From Camelus dromedarius (Eukaryota): DNA of 64,000 nucleotides. The translations under genes were made by a program, and so were the position numbers. The stretch lies in the NCBI RefSeq assembly GCF_036321535.1, contig NC_087437.1, positions 91,824,001 through 91,888,000 of the forward strand. The letters are read 5' to 3'. Positions within the stretch are counted from its first letter, which is position 1; each line of letters opens with the position of its first letter. Shown here in pieces: positions 26,111 to 40,445 of this stretch. Below the pieces are notes generated by a model. The model worked only from the letters and a program-made list of their open reading frames with translations. It did not search any database and had not been told where the DNA came from.

Positions 26111-29100
26111 TCTAGTTTATAAATACATTCTTTTACACTGAAATATATCTTACTTCATTTCCATGAACTTTTTTTTTTGTGACAAAGAAAATCCATATTC
26201 ATTTAATGTGTGTGCACACACATATACTTTTTCTTGATTTATTATACTGGCTTAGGACCTACATGTTTAAAGTGCAATATTGACTAGAAGTAACTCTGTC
26301 AGTCATCATTGCCTCATTCCCATTTTATGACAAATATTATCAATATTTCACTCTTAAGTATGTTGTTAATCTAATATCCCCTGTAAAAAGTTTCTTCTCT
26401 TCCTCATTTGCCAGAGTTTTTATTCTTTTATAAATGCATTTTGTATATTATTATATTTCCAGAAAAATGCTGTTTTGTTTTAATAGCCAAAGAAATAACC
26501 ACTAGAGTAAGTTTTAATCTGTCAAAGAAGACATCCCTAAATTTAACTAATCAGTGATATACTTACTTCAGTACATGTGGATCTAAAAGGCAACCAATCA
26601 ATGCCAGGCTCAAAATTTTGAAGGCAAACCAATCATACTCATTCCTGTGAAATGCCTTCTAAAACCAGTCAATCAATAATATGCTCATCAAACAATTCTC
26701 CAGAAGCTAACATCAATTTCCTCCTGCCACTGTACAACTAGCCCCAAAACAACTGTTCAACCAAAATATCCCTTTAAAAAATTAATAATCTACTCTATTT
26801 TAAACACTGTGCTTAACCATTATGGCTTTCCTTTATTTTAAATAATATATTAATCTTATTGTTTCAAGTATTGTGTAGTAATCTCTGTTTATAGCTATTT
26901 TTCCTTGATTGATTTTCAAATGCTAATTTTCCATTCCTTTGCCATCACTGTAACCAGAAGTTTATCCAATTTTTGCTTTATGTGGCTTCTACCTTTAGCC
27001 ACACCCCTCCAGTCTGTTATTTACTTAGACTCCAGAGTATCCTTTCTCTTCACCTTGTCTTGCCTCACTTTACCTCTTTCTCGCTTAATAACTTACACCA
27101 AAGGTAAACTGAGCTATTACAATGTAATTCAGATATGAATTTCCATAATACCCCAAAGGCAATGATAAGTATATAGATATAACTTAATGCCTACACATTT
27201 CATAACATAAATACAAATTTACATTAATAAATCTGAAACAATTAGGCAGAAGTAACTTATTGTTTCAAAGAAAATGCTCCAGCAGCTTCCCAAACTGAAA
27301 CATTGTAAAATGTATGAGTTAACATTTATATCAACATTATTTATATATAAGAAATGCTGAAATATATTAAATCACAAGGGCTTCCAGACTGTTTTTGGCA
27401 AAAAATTAGCAATATTACATGATATGTATCTTACGTTCAGTGTTTGCACTTCTTTTATTTTACATTTTATGAGGGCTTTTTGAATATTCATTTCTGAGGT
27501 TTTAAAATAGGGCTTTAGAAGGTATTCTTATCAAACACACATTCTTATGCTGAAATATAGCTTGTTTGATGTGTACTTGGTTTTTTTATGACAAAGAGAA
27601 TCCATATCCATTGAATGTGTGTACTACTTTAAAACTTTACTTTTTCTCATTTTTCATTATGATTTATCAAATATGGGAAAGATGTGGGTTTTTTAGCAAT
27701 TTATATTAGCATTCTCCTTTTGGAGGATATTAAAGAAAGCATGTAGAATGATTGTATCAGCTCAGCAAACAAAATTACCTTGTAGACCATGGCATTATGT
27801 ACAGGAAAACATCTAATATTTACCATGTGGACTAAAGTGAAGGTGTAATGAACATACCTGATAACCCGATATTAAAGGACAACACGGCCAAAGAAAAATA
27901 AATACTATGGATACAAAAGACAATTGATAGTATCACTTCATTACAAATTGTGTGTTTTTTTTTAATGGACATGGGAAAAGTTCTTACATTAGCATATTGA
28001 TAAAAAATATGTGGTTGGTTTCATCAAAAAGGAAGGCAGAGTAACTAAATTCTGTTATGTCTGCCAACAATGGGACAGCATAGGTTTTCAAAAAGGCTTC
28101 TTGGTAGGATTGATTAATTTATACATGTATTTTAATTCTTCCCAGATTTATACATTACCTGCATAAAGCACTTTCTTATTAAAAAAAAAACTTTTAAACA
28201 GAAATGAATCATATATTGTATTATGTTAGGGAATATCAATCTATTGTTTCTCTAGATATTGGGCCCATGTTAATCATTTTTATGGTCAAGCATTTCTTCC
28301 CACATTGTAGTTATAACTTACAGTCGGGTTACTACTAAAAGCTCCAATTTGCCAGTGCTATGTGAGTCCCCATGATTATTTAGTTGATAAATATAGAGGA
28401 GTAGAGAACTCCTCTCATCCAAACAGGGGGGGTTAACACAAAATTAACCTTTAAAATTAATAAGCATGTGATTTGAGATCAGATCACCTATAGCACATCT
28501 CCCTCAGCTCCTGAGCATCAGAGAGGGGCTTCATCCTCATGGATCCTGTACTTAAGGCTACAACATTAGAAATGAAAGTATAGTTTGAAAATTTTATATC
28601 CCTACTAAGTGTGTTATAGTTATGTCTTATAGTACGTTTTTAAAGATGTAATTTAATATATATAAGATTTAACATCATTATATTGGTATTAATCAGTTTC
28701 TAATGTCTCTAAGCATTACTTTGATAAATTATATCTACAAGTCAAGATGATTTTTTAAAAGACTAGTGAACTTATAGCAGTAGACTTATATAGATTTGTA
28801 TATTCTATACAACATGGGGCTTAAGTAAAGGAATAGAAATCACATATATATTCTATGTTGGGGGAATAATAGTGTTCCTCAAAGTACTGTGACATCCACA
28901 TATTTCAAAGTAGAGATACTGCAGCCATTGGAATGCTGAGACACAAGTCGTCTTCTTCCCAAAGAGAATTATAATCATGCACAGTCCACATTGCTTTGAG
29001 CAAAGAATATGCATTATTGAGGACGAGAGCTATTCCCTTTGTCAAACTACTTAACAGATCATCAAATTCTTAGCTAAAATAATGGCAAATTGATATCAGA

Positions 29101-29339
29101 AATCATTAACTATACTATAGAATTGGTTGCATTTAAGAGTACGTTATAATCTATATATTACACAATATATAATGGGGCTCTTAAAAAGTCAGCATTAATC
29201 TTCTACTGTCTTATACAGTCCTAAGTTAAAGGATTTTTTCCAAATGGAATCATAGATGGAGACTAAAACTCTGTAAACCATGACCTAGTTCTCATGTCAA
29301 GATTCCTTTGCTTAAACTGGGAAAAAAAGTAGATTTACA

Positions 29340-29530
29340 AAATGTTAACAAATACTTATACAATACTTACCATGCAGCATGTATTGTTCAAAACATGAGA
29401 TGGCTACTATTATTTCCCTGACCATTTGAGAATGGAAGAGTCTAAGCTCGAGTCATAAAAGCTAATTACCCAAGGCCACTGAGTTTATAAGCAGCAGAGT
29501 TAGGAGGTGAATCCCAGCATTCTACCTCAG
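29340..29530 (-). mobile_element. MIR SINE relic
   Basis: aatacttaccatg...cccaaggccactgagtttataagcagcagagttagg...tgaatcccag. Confidence 0.65.
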
Positions 29531-29954
29531 AATTTGTGGTCATAATCAATCATTACACGAAGCAAATGGCATTTCAACGAAGCAAATTTATATCTTGTGG
29601 ACATTAAATGGGCAGAGAGTGAGGAGGTGAAGATTCTCTGACAGGTGATAAGGATCCTTAGCTATAAAAATCGACCTATGGAAAAGAATGTTTTCTATGC
29701 AACCACAAGCTTGTTTCTCATGAGGGGAAGCGAGCTATATACTTGGGCAAGGAAGGTCAAAGCATCTTGAAGGGAGCTATAGTTGCTAAGAGTTCAGAGA
29801 ACCCTACAACCTAGTTTACAACATTTATAGGAATAATAATCCTGGTTCTATAACTAGAATTTAATGCATTATGCAAAATGTAGAGAAATGTATATGAGTA
29901 TCAAATCTAAAAAATAAGGCAATGCAATTATAGATGGTACTGTATCTTCCTCCA

Positions 29955-30112
29955 GGTGTGTTCCTCAGATGAGCAGCAACAAAATTAATTCTGGTTTGTT
30001 AAAAATGTAAAATTTCAGCCCTCTGCAAACCTGCGGAATCAGAATCTTAGGGTATGACCAAGCAATCTGTGGTTTCAGAAGCTTTCCAAGTGACTTTATG
30101 CAGTTTTAAGCA
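29955..30112. mobile_element. MER5A-like hAT-Charlie DNA transposon relic
   Basis: ttgttaaaaatgtaaaatttc...acctgcggaatcagaatct...gcaatctgtggttt...aagctttccaagtga. Confidence 0.7.
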
Positions 30113-32499
30113 AAAGTGTTGCTTTGAAGCAAAGTAAGGTCTTCCTCAAATAGGAAGCACTTTATATATTTCTCTGGGGTGAAAAACAGACGCTGCCTTA
30201 CATGAGAGTTCTTCACAGGTGTTATAAGCAAGAATTTCTCCATTAACTTGTGAAATATCTAAAAACCTGCATAGACACAGACACACACATACAAATGAAT
30301 GCCAATCATCTTGGATATAAAAGTTTCAAAGGGAAATGTTTATAACAACTACTAGACATTAAGAGAGTTCTTATGAAACCTCAGATTGTCTCCAAACTAT
30401 AAAAGACACTCTGTAGTTTGCTTATTTCACGTTACTGCTCACTAAATAGGATCTCCTGATAAAGTCATATGCCGCATGTAAGCAGAAGTTTAAAAACTCA
30501 AAAGCATAGTCTGAGTGATGCCTGGTTGCCTTTGTGTTTTTGTGTCATATATAAATGATAATACAGAAACACCTAGAAGCAATGAAGCTTTTAATGAAGA
30601 TTAAATATTTATTTGAAGTAAATTAATTCAGATACCGAAAAGAAATTTTAATATGCTTTAAACCTTCATGTTCTTTGTTTTATCATTATGTTTATGAAAA
30701 GTTCTGGGCTACTACAAGTGAACTCAATATATCTTTACAGGAAATAGTTTGTGTACTTTAAAATATTGATGTAAAGCCAATACAGGTGATAGTGAAAATC
30801 ATGTCAGGGTTTATCAAGTGTGACTGGAACCAAATCAGAACAATTCTTCATATCAAAAAAATTTCAGCTGCCCAAATATGAATAAGGGCTCCTCACCAAT
30901 GTCTTACTTATGTGGTCCAATAGATAGATATACAAAGAACATGTAAAATGGAATGACTCAGATAAACATATAACTAAACCAGGTAAACTGATTATTAGCC
31001 TGAATCTAAAGTGAAATAATTATTTGTTTAATTAAATGTAATAAAATATTTTCAGATTAGGTTTCCCTTTTCAGTCAATGGTCAGTTTAGGTATAAAACA
31101 TTAAGAGTTTGAGAAATTAAATTTTGAAATTGCCAAAATCATATGCCTTTAAATATTAACCTCCCTAAAATGAATAAGACACTTTATTAGCCACAGTAGT
31201 TTTCTACAACATGGCTTATATTTTACTTCATTAAAAGGCAAATGCTGCTTTGAAAATAATCACATCTGTTCATAGTTCTAATACTGCTAAAATAGAAATT
31301 AGAAATTTTCATTTTTTCTATAGTGTCTTTCATAATGTATGTTATTCTACTCTAAGTGAGACATTTTATGAAAAATTCTTTGTTAGTGTTTAGTACGATA
31401 GTCTATGATAACATCATCCACATTCTTTGCCCATAACTAGTAGAGATGGGGAAAGTTTTCTTCTTGAATGAATAGTTTGATACTTTTGAAGACACATGCC
31501 CCATGACTTCTTAACTTTATCTTTTTAAGCATACTGTTAAATGGAATGAAAAGTAGACATTTGAGTATTTTTCTTTTTGGAAAATTTATCCAATGATTGT
31601 TAACTACTTTTTTAAAGTATGAAAATAACTACTAAGGATTTTGCATTACTTTCACTTCTTGTTACAGGAGGGTCTGAAAAAATACATAGGTGGGCACTAC
31701 CCAGATTTGACTTATTTTCTGAAATCAGAAATATTTATTTATAAACATGCAGGTGCAGTGGCAGGTGTTATATTATTCTCTTTAGACTTTTCGATTTATT
31801 GTACACCTATGTAGAAGTTTCCTCAGCAGTAAAGGCTGTCATTGTCGTATGTCATTGTCGTCAAAACACCAATATTATTAGGTTGAAATTTGTTTAAATG
31901 AATAGCTTCTTGGCACATTTATTTATTTAGATACTGTAAATATAATATGCATTTTTAAAATAACAAATTATCAAAAAAAAACCCGAATAATTCATCTATC
32001 AAGTGGCCAGTGACAAATCCTTGAATCTATCCATGTTCCAAAAGTATAGTGGCTATTTCTAATAATGTGTTTTGGATGTGAATAGGTGGATTGGTCTGGA
32101 CCTCAGCAAGAAAGCAGAAGAAACGCTATAGTTTGGGATCACCTGAGAGTATCAGCCATTCAGCTCACTGTAAGTGCTCACTGAAGCACAACATCTGACA
32201 ATATGGGACAGTCACCCACTGCTGAGAATCAACAAAAGCAGCAATGTCAGAACTCACCAGTGCGGCTGGCAAATCTTTCAGATTGTCATACTCTTTTCCC
32301 CTAAGGGAGGGCCCTTAGAGATGGTATATGTTGTCACTTGTAAAATTAGAATTTTCTTATAGAAGTTCATCCTGATGCCATGCTTTAAGCCAGTGTAGGA
32401 AAAAAAGAAACCAGAAAAAAAAAAAACTAATACAAGAACATATGGTTTTACAGAACAGCTATGAGACAGATACAAATTAAACAAATATAAAAAGATTGC

Positions 32500-32880
32500 A
32501 CTGATCTGAGGAAAGACATGACTATGCGCCCAAAGGACTAAGTTTCAAGATAGATTGATAAGAAAAGACCTATCTAGGCATTTCTGTTAAGATTTTATGA
32601 ACTCTGAATATAAAGAGTAAATCACATGTTTCTAGAGATTTTTTAGCAAAGTAAAAGATTTCTTTTATCATTAGACTTCCATTTGCAACCTTGGGAAGCA
32701 AAATAAAGGGAAATCATTTCTATATTCTAAGATACAATAACTTGTCTTAAAAAAGCATATGCCTAGCTAATGTACTGTTATTCTGATAGGAAGAAATAGA
32801 ACCATCATAGACAAAAATTCAGATCTTCTGTCACTCCAAGTACCTGATCTGAGCCATACATTTGTTCTCAAAAAGGAGAT
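32500..32880 (+). mobile_element. Ancient HAL1/L1 ORF1 relic
   Basis: aagaaaagacctatctaggcatttctgttaagatttt...ataaagag...atcattagacttc resembles the ORF1 RPTPRHI...KDKEKI...IRL region, highly decayed. Confidence 0.45.
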
Positions 32881-35800
32881 TTCAAACACAGATTAAATGA
32901 AGAAAATAACCAAGAATAGTAATAAGTGAATTTTGCTACACATGTATTTGCACATCTTTATCTAGCTATAAGATAGATACAGATATGGGTGAATTTAAAG
33001 ATATGTCAGAATTATATAAATAGAAGGGACATAGTAAAAATAAAACTAACTTAGCAAAATTTAGGAGTCAAGGAGGAAGGGTTACAGGAAACCTTCCAAG
33101 AACTTTACTGAAGACACAATAAAGGAGGGAAACAGAGGAGGAGAGGGTAATGCTATCTAATCTTTCTATGTTTACATACGTGTGGGAGCTTGAAAAGTAG
33201 TGTGTGAAGCAAGGCACCTGTAAGGATGAAATAGTGCAATCTTGTTTACAAATAGTATTAGAATCATGTATCTGCTCAAGAGCTCAGAGAAAATCATTGT
33301 ATTCATGAAGAAACAAGGTACAAGGCTGGAGAAACAGCAGGAAAATACATCTAAGATTTCACAGATTTCATGGTTATTCTAAATATAACTAGGTTTTTCT
33401 GTTGAAGGAATAAGGACACGCCTAAGGGTACTGGTCATGAATTCAAAGGAAAGCTACCCAGCAGGGCTGCCTTCCTCTAGTTACAGTCAGCTACAGAGAT
33501 ACAGGTGTGGACTAGGCAAACTGTAGAATTTACCAAAGGCCAAACTGCCAGGAAAAAAAAATCAGTCAAAGGAGCTAAAGATATATGCATGGGAGACATT
33601 ATAGTAGGTTGGCTATAAAACAAGAGATTTAAAGGGTGAGAAAGAATGAAAAAGTGGTCAAATCATTGAGTTTTAAGTCCTGGTAAAGTGCAAGTATTAA
33701 TGGTGCTAAGATACTGAAGGAAAAAAAAAAATCTAGAATATGGCCATTAGAAAGACCTGAGGCAGATTTTTGAGAGTACTGCTGTTGGGCGTAAACACAG
33801 ATTTGCAGATGACCATAAGGGGCAATGACTAAGGAAGGATGGAAAAGGTGGTTAAAGAAGAGAAGTTCAGTAAAGTCAAAGTGGATGACTGTAAGCTTTA
33901 ACTTCATGGATGCTGAAGTAACCAGAACATAAGAAAACAAACACACGTTTGAAATTAATAGCAGAAATTAACATATACTAGAATTTTTAAAAGGCAAAAG
34001 AACTCGGACATACAAAACTAGCTAGAAATTCATATTAAGAAGCTATTTTAAACCAGATACATCCAATATACAAAGTTATTACCAAGTAAATAGAGGAACT
34101 GGATAATAGTCATTAAATTTAATTTATACCTATATTAACTTACTAATATAGCTCATAGAATATATACACAGTTTTTGTATGTTGATAGATTATTACAAAA
34201 ATGATTACAAAACAGTGACTATTGAATGTTTTTTATAAAAAAAATAGTTTTTCAGTATTGAGGATTTTCAAAAGACAGTAACTTGTTCTGGGGAAATTTT
34301 TTAATTACTGCATGTTAAGATGTATACGTTTTAAACTTTTTTCTTGCCTACTTCTATTGTTCACCACTTCTAAAACAAAGCCAAATAAGAGTTGTAGAAA
34401 TGAGTACCCTTGCTTTATACCTGATTTAATGGGTATGCTCTTATATTTTAAAATGTAGGAAAGTGTGGCAGTTTTATAAAAATGTGCATTGTAATTTTAT
34501 TTCCTCAATCTAGTCTATTAAAATTATTAGTAAATATTAATATCTAACTTTTTGAAATGATTTTTGTCACATATAGCTTTTAAATTTTTCATTTTCTTGG
34601 TGTGATATATGGAATAATATGACTATAGTTCTCATTATTGATCTCAATCAGGGAAGACATATTTCTTTTTAACATATGGTTATTATTTACTGATTATTAG
34701 GAGTTGTGTTCTATAATCATTAAGATTCTCTTACTCTTTTGAGTGGTCAGAAGCAGCTACAGAGGGCAGTTCATACGGGAAATCTAGAAATGAATTAGCC
34801 TTTATAGTCTAATTATAGTATAGGATGAAGGAAATGCATCAAGCTTTAAAATAAGTAGAAATAAAGAAACTTAGAAATAAAGGTAATTTTGATACTGTTT
34901 GAATGGATGTACAGATCAAAAAACTCTAGAAGAAACTGGCAGAAGTTTGGTAAGTTTAAAAATTTTATGACCACAAAGGTGAGATGTCTTGTACAAGAAG
35001 GCATAAGATTTAATAAAAGGCTCACAGGTAACAGCCTCTAGTTGCCCTAGTAAGGAGACCCAAATTACAATAATGATCTTTGAATAAGGACAAACTTAAT
35101 GATATCAGCAGTAACTAAAGTAAAGCAGAAGCACACCTGGGAATCCATATTAAAGACAGTTGGGGAGACATGAATAGAGGATTTTTAAAGTGGACTTATG
35201 TATGAAACCATTGATTTTAGTCTCTGGTTTTGAAAGATACTGGTGCTACTTTAAACCTGTTATTTCTACAACCTAGCACAGTTTTCATTAACACCAAAAA
35301 TCAAGTAGGCTGCCTTCCATTTTAAATTGCTTGTTTTACCTACTGCTGTAATTGTATAAAAATTTGAGGGGTGAAAAATAATTGTGCTCCATACGCTCTG
35401 TAACACACTCTGCTGTCCACTTGTCCTGATGTCTAATTTGCTCTACCTTTCAGCGGTCCAGGACTTCCTAGGGGTGGGACTTGGGGGATATAAAACAAGC
35501 TCAGTAGTTTTCTTCCCTATCCTAACTGTCCTATGTGTTCAGGTCAAGATAAGACCAATAGGATGTTGGAAATAAAACAGACATTAGATTTACACTAATT
35601 GATAAATGCAGATTTGTTTTTTAGAGAAGTCTAATGTTCAGAAGATTATTTATTATATTTTAAAACAACATGGACTTTGAATCAATGAGTAAAAAATGGC
35701 ATGACATTGTAACAGACAACAAAAATGGACTCTTTTAGAGCTACAGGAGGAATCTGGGGATGTACATGTTATCTGTACAGAATTAAAAATTGCAGCTATA

Positions 35801-36331
35801 AATTTCCATTTTCTTTATATCTCTTATATCATCTGCACTCACTTTACCTTTCCATGCTTTCCCACCTAATCCAGAGTAACTTTCTCCAGCCACCTGGCTT
35901 CTCTTTTTACTTTGTATATAAACTATTAAAGTCCTTTATATTGGTTTATTAACTGTTTCTTCTAATGTAAATAATTTACTTTGTAATGTCATGTCTCTGA
36001 TGATTTGTGTCTGTCCTTGTATTTTGTAGTTCTTGATAGCTTGTTCAAATTTAAAATTAAGATTTCACCCCAGAAGTGGCTGCCTAGACTCATTATGTGT
36101 TCTTGAAATAAAACAGCACTGGAGCGCTAGATTACAGTCTCCTCCAAATACTGCTGTTTTAACTATTAAGCAACAATACAATCAGGAAATAGATATACTA
36201 TTGATGGTGAGAATTGTAAATAAAAAATTTACCGTTTTCTTTTATGACTTATACATAAAAAATTGTTGCAGTTTCTTTCTTCATTTTTCCTGATTTTTCT
36301 GAATTTCATGAGTGGTTCTGTTGCCTATAGA

Positions 36332-36412
36332 TGCAACCGGTGTACCAGGTTCCTGTCCTGTCCCAGAAAGAATTCAGAGACAAGACTAGTGGTTAAAAAA
36401 AGTGAGGATTTG
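36332..36412 (-). mobile_element. Short ERV1-like LTR end fragment
   Basis: tgcaaccggtgtaccaggttcctgtc...gaaagaattcagagacaagac...aaagtgagg has the layout of an antisense ERV1 U5 terminus. Confidence 0.4.
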
Positions 36413-38510
36413 TCAGACTCCTGCTGCTTACATGATGTGTGGTTTCCTGCATTTGGCCTGTGCCCCTCCTTTCTGCCCAATGCCTGCCATTTGGTCTGTG
36501 TTCCCCTTTCTCTGCTCATATCTAGCTATCTGCCTGCTCTAACAGTTCTCCCTCATCTTTTCTCTCTCTACCTAGTATATATTGTTGTGTTAGCTTTTAA
36601 TTCCCTGTATTATGTATCTCTTTCTTCTAGAATACCTAAGAGTATTTTCTGTTCTATTGAGCAAATCCTTATTAGTGTGGTATTTAAGTCATCTCATTTT
36701 AGCTTACACCCATCTAATCACCTTCTTTTATCCTAAGTACATGTCACTTAAAGCTCATATTCTCCCTTGTCATTAAAAGATATGACATTGTAAGGGATAT
36801 TAATAATACATGGTTGTTCTTGGACCAAAAGGAAGAGAAAGTTAATCCATCTAGACATGGAACAATCTAAACTGGCTCAAAGACAAAAAAGGTTACCAGG
36901 TTACAAAAATCACAAAATACTTTATATATGAACCTTTTATTTGAACTGATGTGTGAAAAATATCTTTGATGACCTAATGTACTTATGTGCTTAATAAATG
37001 TATTCCTTGCTACTTAATTATAATCATTTCTAAGGCACCAGCTAAAAACACTATCCTGGATAATGTAAATTATAATAAACAAACCTTAATCCAAGCTGGG
37101 CGTGATGCCCAGAGAGCCAGCTTAGTGAAAATGGTCAATGAGCTCCAAAACAGGGAAGCTGGTGAAAAAGGGCTGCTAAATATGAAATAACTACAGGTAT
37201 CCACACAGTCTTTCCATTTTAATAATAATCTGGAAGCATTTTTGCATACTATGGAGCCCAGCAATTACTTGAATAAAACTAGCTTTGTCCTTGCCTCAGT
37301 TTGTAATCCCCTTTTAAGAATGAAAGCTAAAAATTGAAATTATTATAAATCTGGGGAGATAAAAGTGCCATTTTATAAAAACTGCAGTTTCTATTGAAAG
37401 CTTATAATAGTAAAATACAGGCCTTTGTACGGAACCAGAGCTAGCACTGTTAGCAACGAATAGCAAAGAGTATTGTAGAGAAATTTAATTTCCCGCCAGA
37501 ATCTTAAGGTATCAGTGCAATCTTGTCATTGCTTTTCTTTCCTTACACACTTTGAGTAATAGTAGCCTTATTATCAATGAAATATCTCCCAGAAACCACT
37601 TGAGTACAAAGGTTAACCTGAAATATAATATAAATAGAGAAATTAAAAGAAAGAAACATGAAGTAACTATTATTCATTCTACATAGAGCTGAATACATTC
37701 ATATCAAAAATAATGTTTTTAACCTTAGCTACATTGTGAAAATTATGACAAATCTGATGTAATGCACAAATTAAGGCTTTTTTTTTTGATATAAGTCTTT
37801 GTTTGCAATATGCAGAAAAATAGAGAAGGAGAGAGAAGAGAATGGGCAGGGCTAGGGAGAATGGCAAAGTAGAAAGAAAAAAGGAGAAAGGAGGGAGGTA
37901 AGGGGAGAGAGAGAAAAATTATTGCATATATAGGGTTAGATCCTTGTAGATATTAATGTAAACTACTTATAGAAAATATAATGTGCATAATTTTAAATGT
38001 TTTTATTCTCATTCATTTTATTAGTAAAACAATGATTTTCTTATAAAATTAGTCATTTTTATTATATTTTCACTAAAAGCAAACATCATGACAAGTAAAA
38101 GTTTGAAAAATAAAAGCACACCAACCAAATTATGAAGTGTTTATATGTGAGATTGTTCTAATGATGACATATTCAGCATCTCATAGTGATGTAGGAAAAT
38201 ATGCCAGCATTCCACTGAATCTTTCAGGCTTCATCAGCTTCTATTCCATAGACACTAGTGCTAGACCACTTTGTGTCCACTGTCCTGTATAATCTCACAG
38301 AACATGAATAGCTATGCAAATTGAAGAATTATCTTCCTGAAATGGCTGCAGGTATTGACTAAACTAATGAAAATCCAGTATTTTAGATTAAATGAGCATA
38401 TTATGAGATTGCAACTAAGAAAAATATATTGCTAAAATCATCAATACAAGATAAAATCATTTTTAAACAAAATTTAACTACGTGTAAAATCAGTGACACC
38501 TAAGTTCTTT

Positions 38511-39507
38511 TGTTGTAAATTGAATTAGAGTTGATTTACAACACTGTATCAGTTTCAGGTGCACAACATAGCAACTCAACATTTCTGTAGGTTATATTCC
38601 ATTTAAAGTCATCATACAACAATAGCTGTATTTCCCTGGGAGGTTGAATACATTCCTGTAGCCTATCCATTTTATACACAAGAGTTTATACCTCTCAATT
38701 CCCTACCATCACTCTGTATATCCCCTTCTCCTTTTCTTCACTGGTAACCACCAGTCTGTTCTCTATACCTGTGAGTCTGTTTATATTTTGCTATATTCAC
38801 TTGTATATTTTTCAGATCTCTCATATAAGTGATTATATATAGTAATTGTCTTTCTCTGCCGGACATTTCATAAGAATAGTACCCTCTAGGTCCATCCATA
38901 TTTTTGCAAATGGTAGAATTTCTTTTTATGACTGAGTAATATACCACTGTGTATGTGTGTGTGTATATATACACAAATTTTCTTTCCATTAATCTGTTGA
39001 TGGACACTTGGCTGTTTTAAAAGATGCTGCTATGAGTATTGGGGTGCATGTATCTTTTTGAAATTAGTGTTTTTAGTTTCTTTGTATATTTATCCAGGAG
39101 TGAAATTACTGGATCATATATAGTAGTTCTATTTTTAGTTTTTTGAGGAACCTCCATACAGTTTTCCAATTGTTGCAGTAGCTGCAACAATTTACATTCC
39201 CATCAACAGTGTTTAAGGGTTCCCTTTTCTCTACATCCTAGGCAACATTTGTTATTTATAGGCTTTTTATGATAGCTATTCCAATAGGTTTGAGGTGATA
39301 TATCTCACTGTAGTTTTGATTTGCATTTCTCTGATAATTAGCAATGTTGAGCATCTTTTCATGTGCCTTTTGGCCATCTGCATACATTTTTGGGAAAAAC
39401 ATCTACTCAGGTATTTGCCCATTTTTAATATTTGCTTTTTGATATTGAGCTGTATATACTTTTATATATTTTGGATAGTAACCTCTTATCAGGCATGTCA
39501 TTTGCAG
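38511..39507 (-). mobile_element. 5'-truncated L1 (ORF2 end + 3' UTR)
   Basis: Typical antisense L1 3' sequence. TSD cacc(t/g)aagttcttt at 38497-38510 and 39508-39521 (13/14 match). Confidence 0.88.
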
Positions 39508-39881
39508 CACCGAAGTTCTTTATTTATTCTTGTATCAAATCTGTAAATGCTTTAAGCTTTTTAAACATTGCTTCTTATCAGTGGCTTTTTCTGAATAAAA
39601 TTAGTTGTATATTTTAATTTTAGAATAATATTATGAAGGTGATAAACATATATTTAGTGAATTAATAGTAAATCCTAAAGGACATCTTATATAGTTTTTC
39701 TGAAAAATTAGGAAAAAACATACCCGAATTGCTAACATTTTTTCAGAATTATTCTCCTCCAAAAATTAAAAACTTCAATTGGAAATGTATAGAAATTTTT
39801 GATAAATAAATTGTGTCCAAATTACATTTGAAATATATTCTTCAGAAAATAAATAGACTGATTATTTCTTCTACCTTCTAG

Positions 39882-40145
39882 AGAGGCAATATATTGAATT
39901 GGTTACAAGAGTGAGTGGCAAAATCTTATTTCTTGGGTTCAGCTCTCAGCATTGCCATTTATTAACCATGGAAATTTAAACAAGTGATTTATCCACCTTA
40001 AACCTCATTTTCTTCATCTGTAAAATGGGACTAATAACAATGCATACCTCATGAAATTATTGTGAGTATTAAGTCAGAAAACTCTTAATCAGTTTTTACC
40101 AAACCACAGAACATGATGAAACATTCTCCTACTGTTTGCTAGCTA
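39882..40145 (+). mobile_element. MIR SINE
   Basis: Core cctcattttcttcatctgtaaaatgggactaataacaatgcatacctcatg...ttgtgagtattaa. Confidence 0.85.
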
Positions 40146-40445
40146 TCCTCATAATCCATATTTATCAGTAATATTAGTTACAGCTTAAGTATTACTTTTT
40201 AAAACACTAGACATTTTAAAAAACACAGAAACTTCAAGTTTGCAAACCGATTTTGACAAACCATTTGAATCCCAAATGATTTGACTAATCATTTGATAGA
40301 ACTTCCTATCTTAACCTTCATGAGCTCACCTATCATCACTAAAGTTGCACACCGATGTATTGGCCAACACTTTTTTAAACTAACTACATAGTTTTCTTCA
40401 GACTATCCCTTTCTGAGTTTAGAGATTTTTTTTTAAATGTTCCAC

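Noticed and set aside
36033..36736. 86-aa and 157-aa plus-strand ORFs
   Set aside because: Non-ATG starts and low-complexity hydrophobic composition; the longer one runs through an LTR-like fragment.
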